Made by a program: the position numbers and the translations under genes. Positions 1 through 9,967 of a stretch of DNA of 64,000 nucleotides are shown piece by piece (positions within the stretch are counted from its first letter, which is position 1; the number at the start of each line of letters is the position of its first letter). The stretch comes from an uncultured Candidatus Saccharibacteria bacterium (GTDB lineage Bacteria > Patescibacteriota > Minisyncoccia > Phycocordibacterales > SBAW01): assembly GCA_964355655.1 (NCBI GenBank), contig CAYHDT010000002.1, forward strand, positions 15,598 to 79,597. The letters are read 5' to 3'. The notes below the pieces were generated by a model. That model did not search any database. It was given only the letters and a program-made list of their open reading frames with translations, and was not told the DNA's origin.

Positions 1-1044
1 AATGCTCTTACCAAAAAGAGCGTTTTAGTCGCTAACTATCCGTTTGCCACTATCGACCCGTCGGTCGGGGTGGTGGCGGTACCAGACGAGCGGCTCGACA
101 AGCTTTCCGTATTCTCCAACACTAAAAAGAAAGTTCCCGCGGCGGTCGAGTTTGTCGACATTGCCGGCCTAGTAAAGGGGGCATCGGAGGGGGAGGGGCT
201 TGGCAATCAATTTCTTTCCCATATCCGCGAGGTAGACGCCATTGCCCACGTGGTGCGGATTTTTGACAACGCCAACATTACGCACGTCGATGTGGCTATC
301 GACCCGGTGCGCGACATTGAAACGATAAATCTGGAATTGGCGCTGGCTGATCTCGAAACTACCGGCAAGCGACTGCAGTCGCTCGAGCGCGACGTGCGTG
401 CCGGTAAAAAAGAGGCAATTGTCGAGCATTTGGCGACCGAGAAGGCCAACAAGGTGCTTGCCGAGGGCAAGTCCGCGCAGAGCGCACACTATACCGACGA
501 AGAGCGCGCCGCGCTTAAAGGCCTGCATCTTTTAACTATGAAGCCCATGCTGTATGTGCTTAACAAAGAGTCGGGCGGCCACAATCTCGACGAGCTGAAC
601 GACGGGCGCTTCCGCTCGCTAAAAGAGTATCTGGAGGAGCGTAGCGCCAAGTATGTAACGGTAGACGCGCATGTCGAAAGCGAGCTGCGCGAACTGCACG
701 CGGACGACAAGCAGACCTTCCGCCAGGAGTACGGGGTTTTTGACGACGGGATTAACGGGCTTATCCGCGGCGGTTACGAGCTTTTAGGCTTGATCTCGTT
801 CTTTACGACCGGTGAGGTGGAGACGCGGGCATGGACTATTGCACGGGGAGACACGGCCCCGGTCGCCGGCGCCGCTATACACTCCGACTTTCGAGACAAG
901 TTTATCCGCGCGGAGGTTATTAACTGGGCAAAGCTGTTGGAAGCTGGCTCATTTGCCAAAGCGCGCGAGCTCGGGCAGCTGCGCACCGAGGGTAAAGAAT
1001 ATGTCGTCCAAGACGGCGACGTGATGGAATTTCTCCATTCATAA
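1..1044 (+). CDS. ychF: Obg-family ATPase YchF, 5'-truncated by window edge
   Basis: Frame open from base 1 (NALTKKSVLVANYPFATIDP); FVDIAGLVKGASEGEGLGNQFL; C-terminal TGS with EGKEYVVQDGDV. Confidence 0.97.
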   Translation, partial: NALTKKSVLVANYPFATIDPSVGVVAVPDERLDKLSVFSNTKKKVPAAVEFVDIAGLVKGASEGEGLGNQFLSHIREVDAIAHVVRIFDNANITHVDVAIDPVRDIETINLELALADLETTGKRLQSLERDVRAGKKEAIVEHLATEKANKVLAEGKSAQSAHYTDEERAALKGLHLLTMKPMLYVLNKESGGHNLDELNDGRFRSLKEYLEERSAKYVTVDAHVESELRELHADDKQTFRQEYGVFDDGINGLIRGGYELLGLISFFTTGEVETRAWTIARGDTAPVAGAAIHSDFRDKFIRAEVINWAKLLEAGSFAKARELGQLRTEGKEYVVQDGDVMEFLHS

Positions 1045-1051
1045 ATAAAAA

Positions 1052-1075
1052 AGAGACGCGTGGGTTCGCGTCTCT
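1052..1075 (-). terminator. Intrinsic terminator hairpin between convergent genes
   Basis: agagacgcg-N6-cgcgtctct preceded by an A-run. Confidence 0.6.
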
Positions 1076-1475
1076 AGAGCGGCGGGAGTTTTAAATCTTC
1101 CCGGATTTTCGCGCGCCGACACTTTTCTTTTTCTTGTAAGAATGTCCGCATGAAGTCAGGAGTGTGCGGATTAAGGGCCGCGAAGTACCAGACAAGATGA
1201 TACTTTGCGTCGCTGTGGATCATCCAATAGCCGATAAGCTCCGCCAAGCGGGGCGGGCAGAGCCGGTTGCCGAGTACGTTTGCCACCACTGCCGGTTCCC
1301 GGTCTTCAGCAAGACGTTCCAGAACATGCACCCGGTTTGTGCGGGCCGCAACACGCGCCCGCACAAACGGGCACGAATGGTACGAAAGAGCCTCCAACTC
1401 GATAGGGACTTCCGTCCGTATCGCATGGAGATAGTCGGCTGGGTATTGTAAGTCCCCGTTCACCGGCGCCTCCAT
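1074..1475 (-). CDS. Hypothetical protein with LRV/HEAT-like helical repeats
   Basis: Repeats LEALSYHSCPFVRARVAAR / LERLAEDREPAVVANVLGNRLCP. Confidence 0.6.
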   Translation of the reverse strand: MEAPVNGDLQYPADYLHAIRTEVPIELEALSYHSCPFVRARVAARTNRVHVLERLAEDREPAVVANVLGNRLCPPRLAELIGYWMIHSDAKYHLVWYFAALNPHTPDFMRTFLQEKEKCRRAKIREDLKLPPL

Positions 1476-1550
1476 GAGTTTGTTCTGCGGCGCACCATAC
1501 CAAATTTTTGCAACACCGACAATGCTTTTACAAAAAACGGCGCCTGCTGT

Positions 1551-2684
1551 TTAAGCAGACGCCGGGTGTTCGAGGTGAGGAATTAGTTGGACCACTTCCG
1601 GTTCCAACAAGACTTCGCTCCACAAGGGCTCCCGTAGAATCGCGGTATTTGTTTTGAGTTCGATTTTTGACCGGAGCCGCAGTACAAGCTGTCCCTTCCG
1701 GTAGTATGGCCGAGAGGGAATAGCGTAAGCGCACGTTTTTGTGAACGGGCATACCAGGCAGGTTTGTTCGAGGAGTTTGCGCCCCTTGTGCAGGACCCAC
1801 TGGTCGTGACTAAAAGTCTCTTCGACGCCATGGTGTGCAAACAAAGGTGTTCCGCCGTTCTGTTGTTTAGTAACAGTAACAGGCGAGTTGCCGCACATCA
1901 CGAGCGAGAAGAGCCAGAGCGCGTCGGCAACGGCAAGAGGGTCTGCCCGGCGCGTCTTAAGATACCGCATTACTACCGCGCGCCACGGCGCGGAAAGTTT
2001 TTCATTGGCGCTAAGCCGCTCGCCTTCGGCAAGTTCCACGACGATTACCTCGTTACCCAGTCCCAGACGAAAGTTATGGAAGTCCGCCGGAGACGGATAT
2101 AAGAAGCGCTTTTCGAGCCACCCTTCCCAGTCATAGAAGTAAATGAGCATCGAAACCATTTTGGGCTGGAAGCCGCGGAAGCCTTCGTTGCCAAGAGCCG
2201 CTTCGCGCAACTCCTTTTTAGTCGTTTTGTTTTTGATGCGGCACACTGCTTCGTCGTAGTCGCGCAGGCCTTTGAGCAAACAAAGCGGGTTTCCGCTCCA
2301 ATTGCGCGCGAGGCGCTTGGAGTTCTCCACCCAGCTGATGCTTGCGGATTTTGAGTCCCAACCGATGAACTTTTTTAACAGTTCCTGCACATTTTCGTGC
2401 CGGAGCCATTGAGCATAATGCGGATCAAAGAGCACCGGGTGCGCCCGCCACATCAGAATAAGGGCGTTGAAGGCCTGCAGACTTTCTATACCACCCCGCA
2501 TATAAATGCAGAGGTAGAAATAGAAACGCGCGAGTGTCAGCTTGTCCCGGCGGATGTCCTCCGGAATAATATTCTGCGGGATAATCGCGTCCGGTCGGTT
2601 GTACGGGTACTGCTTCGCCATCCAGCGTCCGACCAGTTCATCGAACAGGGCGAACGCTCTCTTTTCATCAATAGAGATGCGCAT
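1551..2684 (-). CDS. Divergent HhH-GPD (endonuclease III-like) protein, possible Fe-S cluster
   Basis: HhH-like FRGFQPKMVSML, PADFH (cf. PVDTH), Cys pattern MC...CLVCPFTKTC. Confidence 0.65.
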   Translation of the reverse strand: MRISIDEKRAFALFDELVGRWMAKQYPYNRPDAIIPQNIIPEDIRRDKLTLARFYFYLCIYMRGGIESLQAFNALILMWRAHPVLFDPHYAQWLRHENVQELLKKFIGWDSKSASISWVENSKRLARNWSGNPLCLLKGLRDYDEAVCRIKNKTTKKELREAALGNEGFRGFQPKMVSMLIYFYDWEGWLEKRFLYPSPADFHNFRLGLGNEVIVVELAEGERLSANEKLSAPWRAVVMRYLKTRRADPLAVADALWLFSLVMCGNSPVTVTKQQNGGTPLFAHHGVEETFSHDQWVLHKGRKLLEQTCLVCPFTKTCAYAIPSRPYYRKGQLVLRLRSKIELKTNTAILREPLWSEVLLEPEVVQLIPHLEHPASA

Positions 2685-2790
2685 GCCGTATTCCTTATTT
2701 TGTTTTAGACGAACGGTCTGCAGCGGTTATACCTTTTTAAAGTACGGTAGGTCAAATAAAAAAACCGCCGCTCCGTGAGGGGCGGCGGCA

Positions 2791-3528
2791 TCAGAAGGTT
2801 TCTTCAAGCGTAACTGCGGCACTTTGATTCAGAAGCGGCGGGAAAATAGGGTAGGTGACTTTTCCGCCGTTTTCGGGGAGTCCTCGATAACTGTGGAACT
2901 CTTTATGCCGGTTCAGGTACCAACGGTGAGCAGCTCTTTCTCCCTCCGGCGTTTTTGGCCATACTCGTACGGAACGATAAGTCACGCGGTGCACCATAAT
3001 CTGGCCGCCGTAGCGAGTGCCGCGGCGGCGCAGCTCGACGCCTTGTTTTAGTCCCGCATGAGTGGTGCGCCCCGTAGAACGACCGTTTGCCCGGTTGCCG
3101 CCGTGGTCGGTTACCCGCAAGGCTCGTTCGCGACAGTCGAGAGAAAGTCCGGACTTGTGGTCGACAATCACCGCCCTGCCCGCTTTTTTGATAAAGCGAT
3201 GCAGATAGACGTGAGTGCGCTTTCGTGCCCCTTTCTTTCTTGGAGGAGACCAACAGGCATAGACTTTAATAATCCGTCCCGTTTTGTCGTATTGGACGTT
3301 AGCCCACCATTTGCGTGTAAGGACACGGGCGGCCTCTTTTTTGTCGATAATGGCGAAGTACCCTTGCGTGAGAGGCACAACCGCGTAGTCGGGCTTAAAG
3401 TTGGCCCAATCGTACCGCTCCATCAGGAACAGCTCGTGCGACTCCCTCACGCTTATCGAGATGGAATGAGGCTGCTCCGGTACCAGGAGCAGCGAGTCGT
3501 CGCTTAACGCGTCGAGATGCTTCTCCAT
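2791..3528 (-). CDS. HNH endonuclease-AP2 domain protein (phage-type, possibly degenerate)
   Basis: PLTQGYFAIID, LHRFI...VDHKSGLSLDCR, then AP2-like GVELRRRGTRYGGQI...ERAAHRWY. Confidence 0.75.
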   Translation of the reverse strand: MEKHLDALSDDSLLLVPEQPHSISISVRESHELFLMERYDWANFKPDYAVVPLTQGYFAIIDKKEAARVLTRKWWANVQYDKTGRIIKVYACWSPPRKKGARKRTHVYLHRFIKKAGRAVIVDHKSGLSLDCRERALRVTDHGGNRANGRSTGRTTHAGLKQGVELRRRGTRYGGQIMVHRVTYRSVRVWPKTPEGERAAHRWYLNRHKEFHSYRGLPENGGKVTYPIFPPLLNQSAAVTLEETF

Positions 3529-3632
3529 TTTTTACCCCGGTTATTGAGAATTGGAACTTATAGCTTCTGAGGCCTAGTATACTCAAAAATGCTATACTGG
3601 TAAGGTTGATTAATCTTTAATCTCTTTTTTCT

Positions 3633-4580
3633 ATGGATAGACCAAAAGCGACGCCGAAGGACTTCTTTTTGTGGGCGGGAGCCGTTGTTTCGCTTTACGC
3701 GAGCATCGTGTCTTTTATCACGCTCCTGTTCGAATACATTGACCACACGTTCCGGGATACCGCCCTTGAGTCTTGGTATGACCCATACGCGGGAGGCGTG
3801 GCTTATGCCATGGCGTCTCTTATAGTGCTCGCGCCGGTGTTCCTGATATTGATGCGTGTCATCCGCCGCAACATTATCGCCGACCCGAGCCGCAACGAAG
3901 TGTGGGTCCGCCGCTGGGCGCTCTTTTTGACCGTCTTTCTTGCAGGGGCCACTATCGTCATCGACCTGATTGTCCTGTTAAACACTTTCCTTTCCGGAGG
4001 CGAGCTAACGACAGCCTTCCTGCTTAAAGTGCTGGTGGTGCTGTTGGTGGCCGGCGCGGGCTTTATGCACTTTCTTGCCGACCTGTGGGGTTACTGGGAC
4101 AAAAATCCGCACTACGCGCGCTACATCAACTGGGCTACCGGAGTACTCGTGGCACTGACCATTGCCGCAGGTTTCCTTATTATCGGCTCGCCGCAGAGCC
4201 AGCGCGCGCTGCGCATCGACAGTCAGCGCGTAAGCGACTTGCAGTCGCTCCAGTCGCAAATAGTGTATCTCTATCAGCAAAAAGAGCGCTTGCCTGCAAC
4301 CCTTGCCGAGCTTAACGACCCGCTCTCTTATTACACCGTGCCGATGGATCCGGAGAGCAAGGAAGCTTATGGCTACGCCGTCAAAGGTGCGCTGACCTTC
4401 GAGTTGTGCGCGGACTTTGCGACCGCGGGAACTGTCGACCAATACGGCAAAACAGTCGCGGCGCCTTCTATTTATGGCATGAGCGACAAATGGGAGCATA
4501 AAGCCGAGCGCACCTGCTTTAGCCGCACCATCGACCCACTCCTCTACCCGCCGTACTCTAAAGGCATTCCTGTCCGCTAA
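3633..4580 (+). CDS. Multi-pass membrane protein (DUF5671-like) with pilin-like C-terminal domain
   Basis: Five hydrophobic helices; GSPQSQRALRIDSQRVSDL, DPESKEAYGY, FELCADF. Confidence 0.7.
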   Translation: MDRPKATPKDFFLWAGAVVSLYASIVSFITLLFEYIDHTFRDTALESWYDPYAGGVAYAMASLIVLAPVFLILMRVIRRNIIADPSRNEVWVRRWALFLTVFLAGATIVIDLIVLLNTFLSGGELTTAFLLKVLVVLLVAGAGFMHFLADLWGYWDKNPHYARYINWATGVLVALTIAAGFLIIGSPQSQRALRIDSQRVSDLQSLQSQIVYLYQQKERLPATLAELNDPLSYYTVPMDPESKEAYGYAVKGALTFELCADFATAGTVDQYGKTVAAPSIYGMSDKWEHKAERTCFSRTIDPLLYPPYSKGIPVR

Positions 4581-4584
4581 ACCG

Positions 4585-4601
4585 CCAAGGAGAGTCCTTG
4601 G
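4585..4601. repeat. Mini-palindrome, AGG-N5-CCT family
   Basis: ccaagg-agagt-ccttgg just after the stop codon. Confidence 0.7.
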
Positions 4602-4659
4602 AAACTGTGGATAAGTAAGAAAAAACCGTCGCGGATATCCGCGGCGGTTGTCGTATAGG

Positions 4660-5496
4660 TCAGGCGTTGGCGCTATTTTCGCCGAGTGCCGGTTCGGACC
4701 TCATGATGAGTGCGTAGAGGCCGGCGACAATCGCCGAAGCGATGACACCGCCTACGAGCGGCACCATGCTGTATTCAAACAGCGTCGGCGAGACAGGGCC
4801 CGTGAGGACGAATCCTTCCGTAGCTATGCCGCCGCCAATCAGTCCGCTTATCATTACCATGAACCGTCTGTAAGAGGCGACGATGCGGATAAGCTTCCAG
4901 CCGCCCACAGGGATATCGCGGAAGCAGAAATAGAGAATCCCCAACAGAGTCCAGCCCGCAAGCTGGCCATAGCCGTATTCCCCGTCTGCAAGCACGAAGT
5001 CTTGGAAAAGCACGTATGGTTGTTGCTTATGCAGCGCAGCGTGTCCGATATCCGCAAAAATAGCGAATATAATGACACTGCAAAACCAGCATATCACCGA
5101 GGCGATAAAGAACAACGCTGTGATTCTCAGGGCATAGTGAGATTCGGGGTTCGGTATTCCAGGCACAAAGAAGAAGAGTGCTAGCGTTGCGAGTACTATT
5201 CCTGACGCAACCGTGTCGTACACGAACGGGTGTGGTTTACGAAACCATGCCCTGAATGCCGAGATCTCCTTCTTAAGGAATATGCGCGTGTTTCGCCCGG
5301 CGTCGACAGTTGTTTGAAATGCGACGGGGATAGCCCGCAACACATCGCCAAATTGGTACGCGAGGAAGCCGACTGAAACGCTCCCGAGTACCCCGAGCCA
5401 TAGTATCCCAGGAGCCCACAACAAGGACCCACCAACCAGCACGACGAAAGCAAAACCCGCGACAAATGCCGCCTGCATCAGCTTGCGAAGTTCCAT
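4660..5496 (-). CDS. Hypothetical multi-pass membrane protein
   Basis: 278-aa ORF with many hydrophobic segments; aggag SD upstream. Confidence 0.7.
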   Translation of the reverse strand: MELRKLMQAAFVAGFAFVVLVGGSLLWAPGILWLGVLGSVSVGFLAYQFGDVLRAIPVAFQTTVDAGRNTRIFLKKEISAFRAWFRKPHPFVYDTVASGIVLATLALFFFVPGIPNPESHYALRITALFFIASVICWFCSVIIFAIFADIGHAALHKQQPYVLFQDFVLADGEYGYGQLAGWTLLGILYFCFRDIPVGGWKLIRIVASYRRFMVMISGLIGGGIATEGFVLTGPVSPTLFEYSMVPLVGGVIASAIVAGLYALIMRSEPALGENSANA

Positions 5497-5611
5497 GACC
5501 TTCTCCTTATGTATGAGGAACCTATTCCAATCAGCAGGTTACTACGAGGGCGAGTTCGGTGTCAAAGAATAGATAGTAAAATCGAAATTCTGTGTTATTT
5601 TAAAAGGCATC

Positions 5612-8452
5612 ATGGCGGAAAAGTACGACCACAAAACCATCGAAAAAAAATGGCAGGAGCGATGGGAAAAGGAAGGCGCTTTCCGCGCGGAGGACACATC
5701 GGATAAGCCGAAACAATACATACTCGACATGTTCCCGTACCCTAGCGGCGACGGACTGCACGTGGGACACGTCGAAGGGTACACAGCGACCGATATCTAC
5801 AGCCGCTACAAGCGTATGAAAGGCTTTAAGGTTTTGCACCCGATGGGGTGGGACGCGTTTGGCCTGCCGGCGGAGAACTACGCCATAAAGACCGGCGTGC
5901 CACCGCAAGAGACGACTGATAAATCGATAAACAACTTCCGCAGGCAGATTAAAGCCCTTGGCCTTTCCTACGACTGGTCGCGCGAGATTGGTACGCACAA
6001 CCCGGATTACTATCGCTGGACGCAATGGCTCTTTGCCAAATTTTTTGAAAAGGGTTTGGTGTACAAAAAGAAAGCGCTGGTCAACTGGGACCCGGTCGAC
6101 CAGACCGTGCTCGCCAACGAGCAGGTCCTTCCCGACGGCACCGCCGAGAGAAGCGGCGCCAAAGTAGAGAAGCGTGACCTGGAGCAGTGGTTTTTTAAGA
6201 TTACCGATTATGCCGACGAGCTTGCCGACTCGCTCGACCAAGTAGACTGGCCCGAGTCGACCAAAATAAACCAGCGCAACTGGATAGGCCGCTCGGAAGG
6301 AGCAGAACTTACCTTCAAAATATCAAGGTCGAACCTTGATGTAAAAGTATTTACCACGCGGCCGGATACGCTTTTTGGCGCAACGTACCTGGTGTTGGCT
6401 CCTGAACACCAGGAAATCTCAAATCTCAAACAACAAATTACAAACTGGGACGAAGTACTTCGATATATCGAAGTGGCAAAAAACAAAAACGATATTGAGC
6501 GTTCTGCAGAAGGGAAGGAAAAAACGGGTGTTGAGCTTAAGGGTATTAAAGCGATTAATCCGGCAAATAAAGAAGAAATCCCCGTATATATCGCCGATTA
6601 TGTGCTCGGTCATTATGGAACAGGCGCGATTATGGCCGTCCCCGCGCACGACGAGCGCGACTTTGAGTTTGCTAAGAAGTTTAATTTGCCAATACGCGAG
6701 GTTGTAGTGCCGGACAGAATAGATCCAAAAAACCCTCCGCTGGAAGGAAAAAAGAATGTCCCACGCCGCACTGTCCAGGTGGTGTTGCGCCGCCCGGCTG
6801 ACGGCAAGATCGTCGTGTTGCACTGGAGCCACCACTCATGGAAGACGCTGCTTATCGGCGGAGTAGAGGAGGGCGAAGAATTGATAGGGGCGGCAAAAAG
6901 AGAGATTTTGGAAGAAGCAGGGTACAAGAATATCCGCTTTGTTAAAGAGTTGGGGGATATGTACGCGGGTTACTTCGCCTCGCATAAAGATGAGAATCGC
7001 CGCGCCTATGTAACCGGCCTGCTTTTTGAACTTGTTGACGAGGAAAAAGAAGAAATCTCCGCTGAAGAAAAAGCGAAGCATGAGCCGGTATGGATGACTA
7101 TTGAAGAGGCAAAGGCGATTGTCATTGGCGTCGAGCCCCCGATTTTCTTAGAGCGGCTGGAAAAAGATTTGTGGGTATATACAGGCAAGGGTACGCTCGT
7201 TCATTCCGGAGCTTTCGATGGCGTTTCAAACGAAGAAGCCAAGAAAAAAATAGCCGAGGCGGTAGGCGGAGTGATGAAGAAGACCTACCGCCTGCGGGAC
7301 TGGCTGATTAGCCGCCAGCGGTATTGGGGGGCGCCTATACCTATTGTGTATGACCCGGAAGGCAAACCGCACGCGGTGCCCGAGGAACACCTGCCTTGGA
7401 TGCTGCCTACCGACGTGGAGTTTAAGCCGACCGGTACCTCGCCTTTGGGGCAGTCAAAAGAGCTTTTGGAACGCACTGAAGCGTTGTTCGGCAAGGGCTG
7501 GAAGCCCGAGATAGATACCATGGACACTTTTGCCTGCTCGTCGTGGTACTTTTTTCGCTTTGCCGACCCACGCAATGAACGTGAGTTCGCAAGCAAGGAA
7601 CAAATGCAAAAATGGCTGCCTATCGACCTATACGTCGGCGGAGCCGAGCACACCGTGTTGCACTTACTGTACGCGCGCTTTTTTACCAAAGTCCTGCGCG
7701 ACATGGGGTACCTTTCCTTTGACGAACCGTTTCTTAAACTCCGGCATCAAGGGACCATCCTTGCAGAGGATAGCCGCAAGATGAGCAAACGCTGGGGCAA
7801 CGTTATCAACCCCGACGACATGGCCGACAGATTCGGCGCCGACGCGCTGCGTATGTACGAAATGTTTATGGGCCCGCTGGAGGCTATGAAGCCGTGGAGT
7901 ACCAAGAATATAGCCGGTCTAGAGCGTTTTTTGGAGCGTGTGTGGAAGCTCGGCGAAAATCAAGGACAGTCCTTGGAGAGCCCTGAGCTAAGGACTGTCC
8001 TTAGCCCGGCTCTTGAGACTCTGCTCAACCAAACCGTCAAAAAAATCGGGGAGGATATTGAAAATCTTAAGCTGAATACAGCCGTTTCGGCGTTGATGAT
8101 TTTGCTCAATGAGTTGGAGAAGGGAGCTCCTCGCGCCGCATACGAAACGTTTATACAATTACTTGCCCCTTTTTCTCCGCACATAGCCTCCGAGCTTGCG
8201 GAAAGGGCGGGTATCTCGATTGTGGAATGGCCTACGTATGACGAGTCTAAACTGCTTTCCGAGACGGTAAAAATCGCGGTTCAGGTCAACGGCAAGGTAA
8301 GGGTAACTCTGGAATTCCCGATATCAGTCACTAAAGAGGAAGCACTTGCTGCCGCCCGTCTAAACGCTATAGTATCAAAATGGCTAGGGGAGGAGGAGGT
8401 CAAAAAAGTAGTATACGTGCCGGGCAAGATTATTAGTTTTTCCACAGAATAG
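5612..8452 (+). CDS. leuS: Leucine--tRNA ligase with inserted Nudix domain
   Basis: MFPYPSGDGLHVGH (HIGH), KMSKR, CP1 editing region; Nudix box GGVEEGEELIGAAKREILEEAG. Confidence 0.97.
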   Translation: MAEKYDHKTIEKKWQERWEKEGAFRAEDTSDKPKQYILDMFPYPSGDGLHVGHVEGYTATDIYSRYKRMKGFKVLHPMGWDAFGLPAENYAIKTGVPPQETTDKSINNFRRQIKALGLSYDWSREIGTHNPDYYRWTQWLFAKFFEKGLVYKKKALVNWDPVDQTVLANEQVLPDGTAERSGAKVEKRDLEQWFFKITDYADELADSLDQVDWPESTKINQRNWIGRSEGAELTFKISRSNLDVKVFTTRPDTLFGATYLVLAPEHQEISNLKQQITNWDEVLRYIEVAKNKNDIERSAEGKEKTGVELKGIKAINPANKEEIPVYIADYVLGHYGTGAIMAVPAHDERDFEFAKKFNLPIREVVVPDRIDPKNPPLEGKKNVPRRTVQVVLRRPADGKIVVLHWSHHSWKTLLIGGVEEGEELIGAAKREILEEAGYKNIRFVKELGDMYAGYFASHKDENRRAYVTGLLFELVDEEKEEISAEEKAKHEPVWMTIEEAKAIVIGVEPPIFLERLEKDLWVYTGKGTLVHSGAFDGVSNEEAKKKIAEAVGGVMKKTYRLRDWLISRQRYWGAPIPIVYDPEGKPHAVPEEHLPWMLPTDVEFKPTGTSPLGQSKELLERTEALFGKGWKPEIDTMDTFACSSWYFFRFADPRNEREFASKEQMQKWLPIDLYVGGAEHTVLHLLYARFFTKVLRDMGYLSFDEPFLKLRHQGTILAEDSRKMSKRWGNVINPDDMADRFGADALRMYEMFMGPLEAMKPWSTKNIAGLERFLERVWKLGENQGQSLESPELRTVLSPALETLLNQTVKKIGEDIENLKLNTAVSALMILLNELEKGAPRAAYETFIQLLAPFSPHIASELAERAGISIVEWPTYDESKLLSETVKIAVQVNGKVRVTLEFPISVTKEEALAAARLNAIVSKWLGEEEVKKVVYVPGKIISFSTE
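6322..6340. repeat. Mini-palindrome inside leuS
   Basis: atcaagg-tcgaa-ccttgat, encodes SRSNLD. Confidence 0.7.
7961..8005. repeat. Inverted pair of mini-palindromes inside leuS
   Basis: caagg-acagt-ccttg and gctaagg-actgt-ccttagc, encoding QGQSL...LRTVLS. Confidence 0.75.
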
Positions 8453-8497
8453 GGGTCGCTTGACCTATTTTGAGGGGCGTGATATACAATAACACAC

Positions 8498-9544
8498 ATG
8501 GCAACACAAATAGCGGACAAAACGGGCTTTAAGCCCAAGGCAATCGTCAAAAAGCTCATGGTAGCGCTCCCGGAGCGCTCCCGCATTGTGCTTGAAAGCC
8601 GCTTTGGCCTAGGTGCTTCCCCCGAGCGGGTAACGCTCGAGGCTATCGGCAAGCGCTACGGCATTACCCGCGAGCGCGTCCGCCAGATAGAAAATCACGC
8701 TTTGGCAGCGCTTAAGAAGTCTCCCGCATTTGCCAGCGCCGAGGCGGCCTTTGAGGAGCTCGAGCGTATTATCGATGGGCTTGGCGGCATCGTCTGCGAG
8801 GACGACCTTTTGAACTTCATGACCAAGGACAAGTCGATGCAGAACCATATCTACTTCCTTTTGGTGCTCGGCGACCCGTTTAAGTTCCGCAAGGAAGACG
8901 ACGAGACTAATCGCTGCTGGTATGTCGATGCCGAACTGGCCAGCAAAGTAGAAGGCGCGCTTAAAACGCTCTATGGCGGGCTGTCCGACGAAGACCTTAT
9001 CCCGGAGGGCGAGATGATCGACCGCTTCCTTAAAGAGCTCCAAAACATCAACGACAAACACCGCAACCAGGAAGTGTTGCGCCGCTGGCTCACTATTTCG
9101 AAATCTATCGGCAAAAACCCGCTCGGGGAGTGGGGCCAGGCATCATCGCAGAATGTTAAGACAAAAGGCGTGCGCGACTTTGCCTACTTGGCGGTCAAAA
9201 AGCACGGCTCCCCGTTGCATTTCCGCGAGGTGGCGACACTGATTGAAAAGATGTTCGACCGTAAAGCGCATGTCGCCACTACCCACAACGAGCTTATTAA
9301 AGACGGGCGCTTCGTGCTGGTAGGCCGCGGCATGTACGCGCTGCGCGAGTGGGGCTACACCGAGGGCGTCGTGCGCGATGTTGTGCGCGAAGTTTTGCGC
9401 AAAAACGGTCCGATGACCCGCGACCAGATAATCGAAAAAGTGCTTAAAGAGCGCCATGTCAAACCGGGCACGATTGTCGTCAACCTCCAAAACCAAAAGT
9501 ATTTCAAGCGGGGCAAAGACGGCAAATTCTCCCTCGTTAAGTAA
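8498..9544 (+). CDS. Sigma-70 region 4 HTH fused to C-terminal winged-helix (RNAP delta/HARE-HTH-like) domains
   Basis: TLEAIGKRYGITRERVRQIE; PLHFREVA...HNELIKDGRFVLVGRGMYALREWGY. Confidence 0.8.
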   Translation: MATQIADKTGFKPKAIVKKLMVALPERSRIVLESRFGLGASPERVTLEAIGKRYGITRERVRQIENHALAALKKSPAFASAEAAFEELERIIDGLGGIVCEDDLLNFMTKDKSMQNHIYFLLVLGDPFKFRKEDDETNRCWYVDAELASKVEGALKTLYGGLSDEDLIPEGEMIDRFLKELQNINDKHRNQEVLRRWLTISKSIGKNPLGEWGQASSQNVKTKGVRDFAYLAVKKHGSPLHFREVATLIEKMFDRKAHVATTHNELIKDGRFVLVGRGMYALREWGYTEGVVRDVVREVLRKNGPMTRDQIIEKVLKERHVKPGTIVVNLQNQKYFKRGKDGKFSLVK

Positions 9545-9568
9545 AAATCGCCCTTCGGGGCGATTTTT
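9543..9568. terminator. Bidirectional intrinsic terminator
   Basis: aaaaatcgccc-ttcg-gggcgattttt between convergent genes. Confidence 0.8.
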
Positions 9569-9571
9569 CGT

Positions 9572-9919
9572 TTAGTGTCCGCCGGATTTGCCGGTCAGGA
9601 GGCCTTTGAGCCACGGCGCCCAGGCGGGGGAGAGCAATATCACTACCAACACAAGAGTGGACGAAGCCGGCACCTCGCCGAGCAAGACCCGGATACACTG
9701 CCATATGCCGAGTGTGACCATGCACAAATACAGCCCCCACAGCGCGCGCGTGCGGGCATGCTCCATATGGTCGGCGCTCTCATCATACGTAAAAATGTGT
9801 TTGATTCCGCCAAAAAATCCCGCAAAAAACAAAAGGGCTCCGGCGGCTCCAGCCGCGCTTAACAGATATCCGATATACAGCAGCGGGTTTTGGACAAGTT
9901 GCAGGATAAAGTTTTCCAT
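9572..9919 (-). CDS. Small membrane protein, TrbC/VirB2 pilin-like
   Basis: ATG at 9919; hydrophobic helix-GGIKHIF-loop-ARTRALWG-hydrophobic helix. Confidence 0.55.
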   Translation of the reverse strand: MENFILQLVQNPLLYIGYLLSAAGAAGALLFFAGFFGGIKHIFTYDESADHMEHARTRALWGLYLCMVTLGIWQCIRVLLGEVPASSTLVLVVILLSPAWAPWLKGLLTGKSGGH

Positions 9920-9967
9920 AGGTTGCCGATGGTATGCACCTAAAGTATATCGTACAATACAGGGTAT

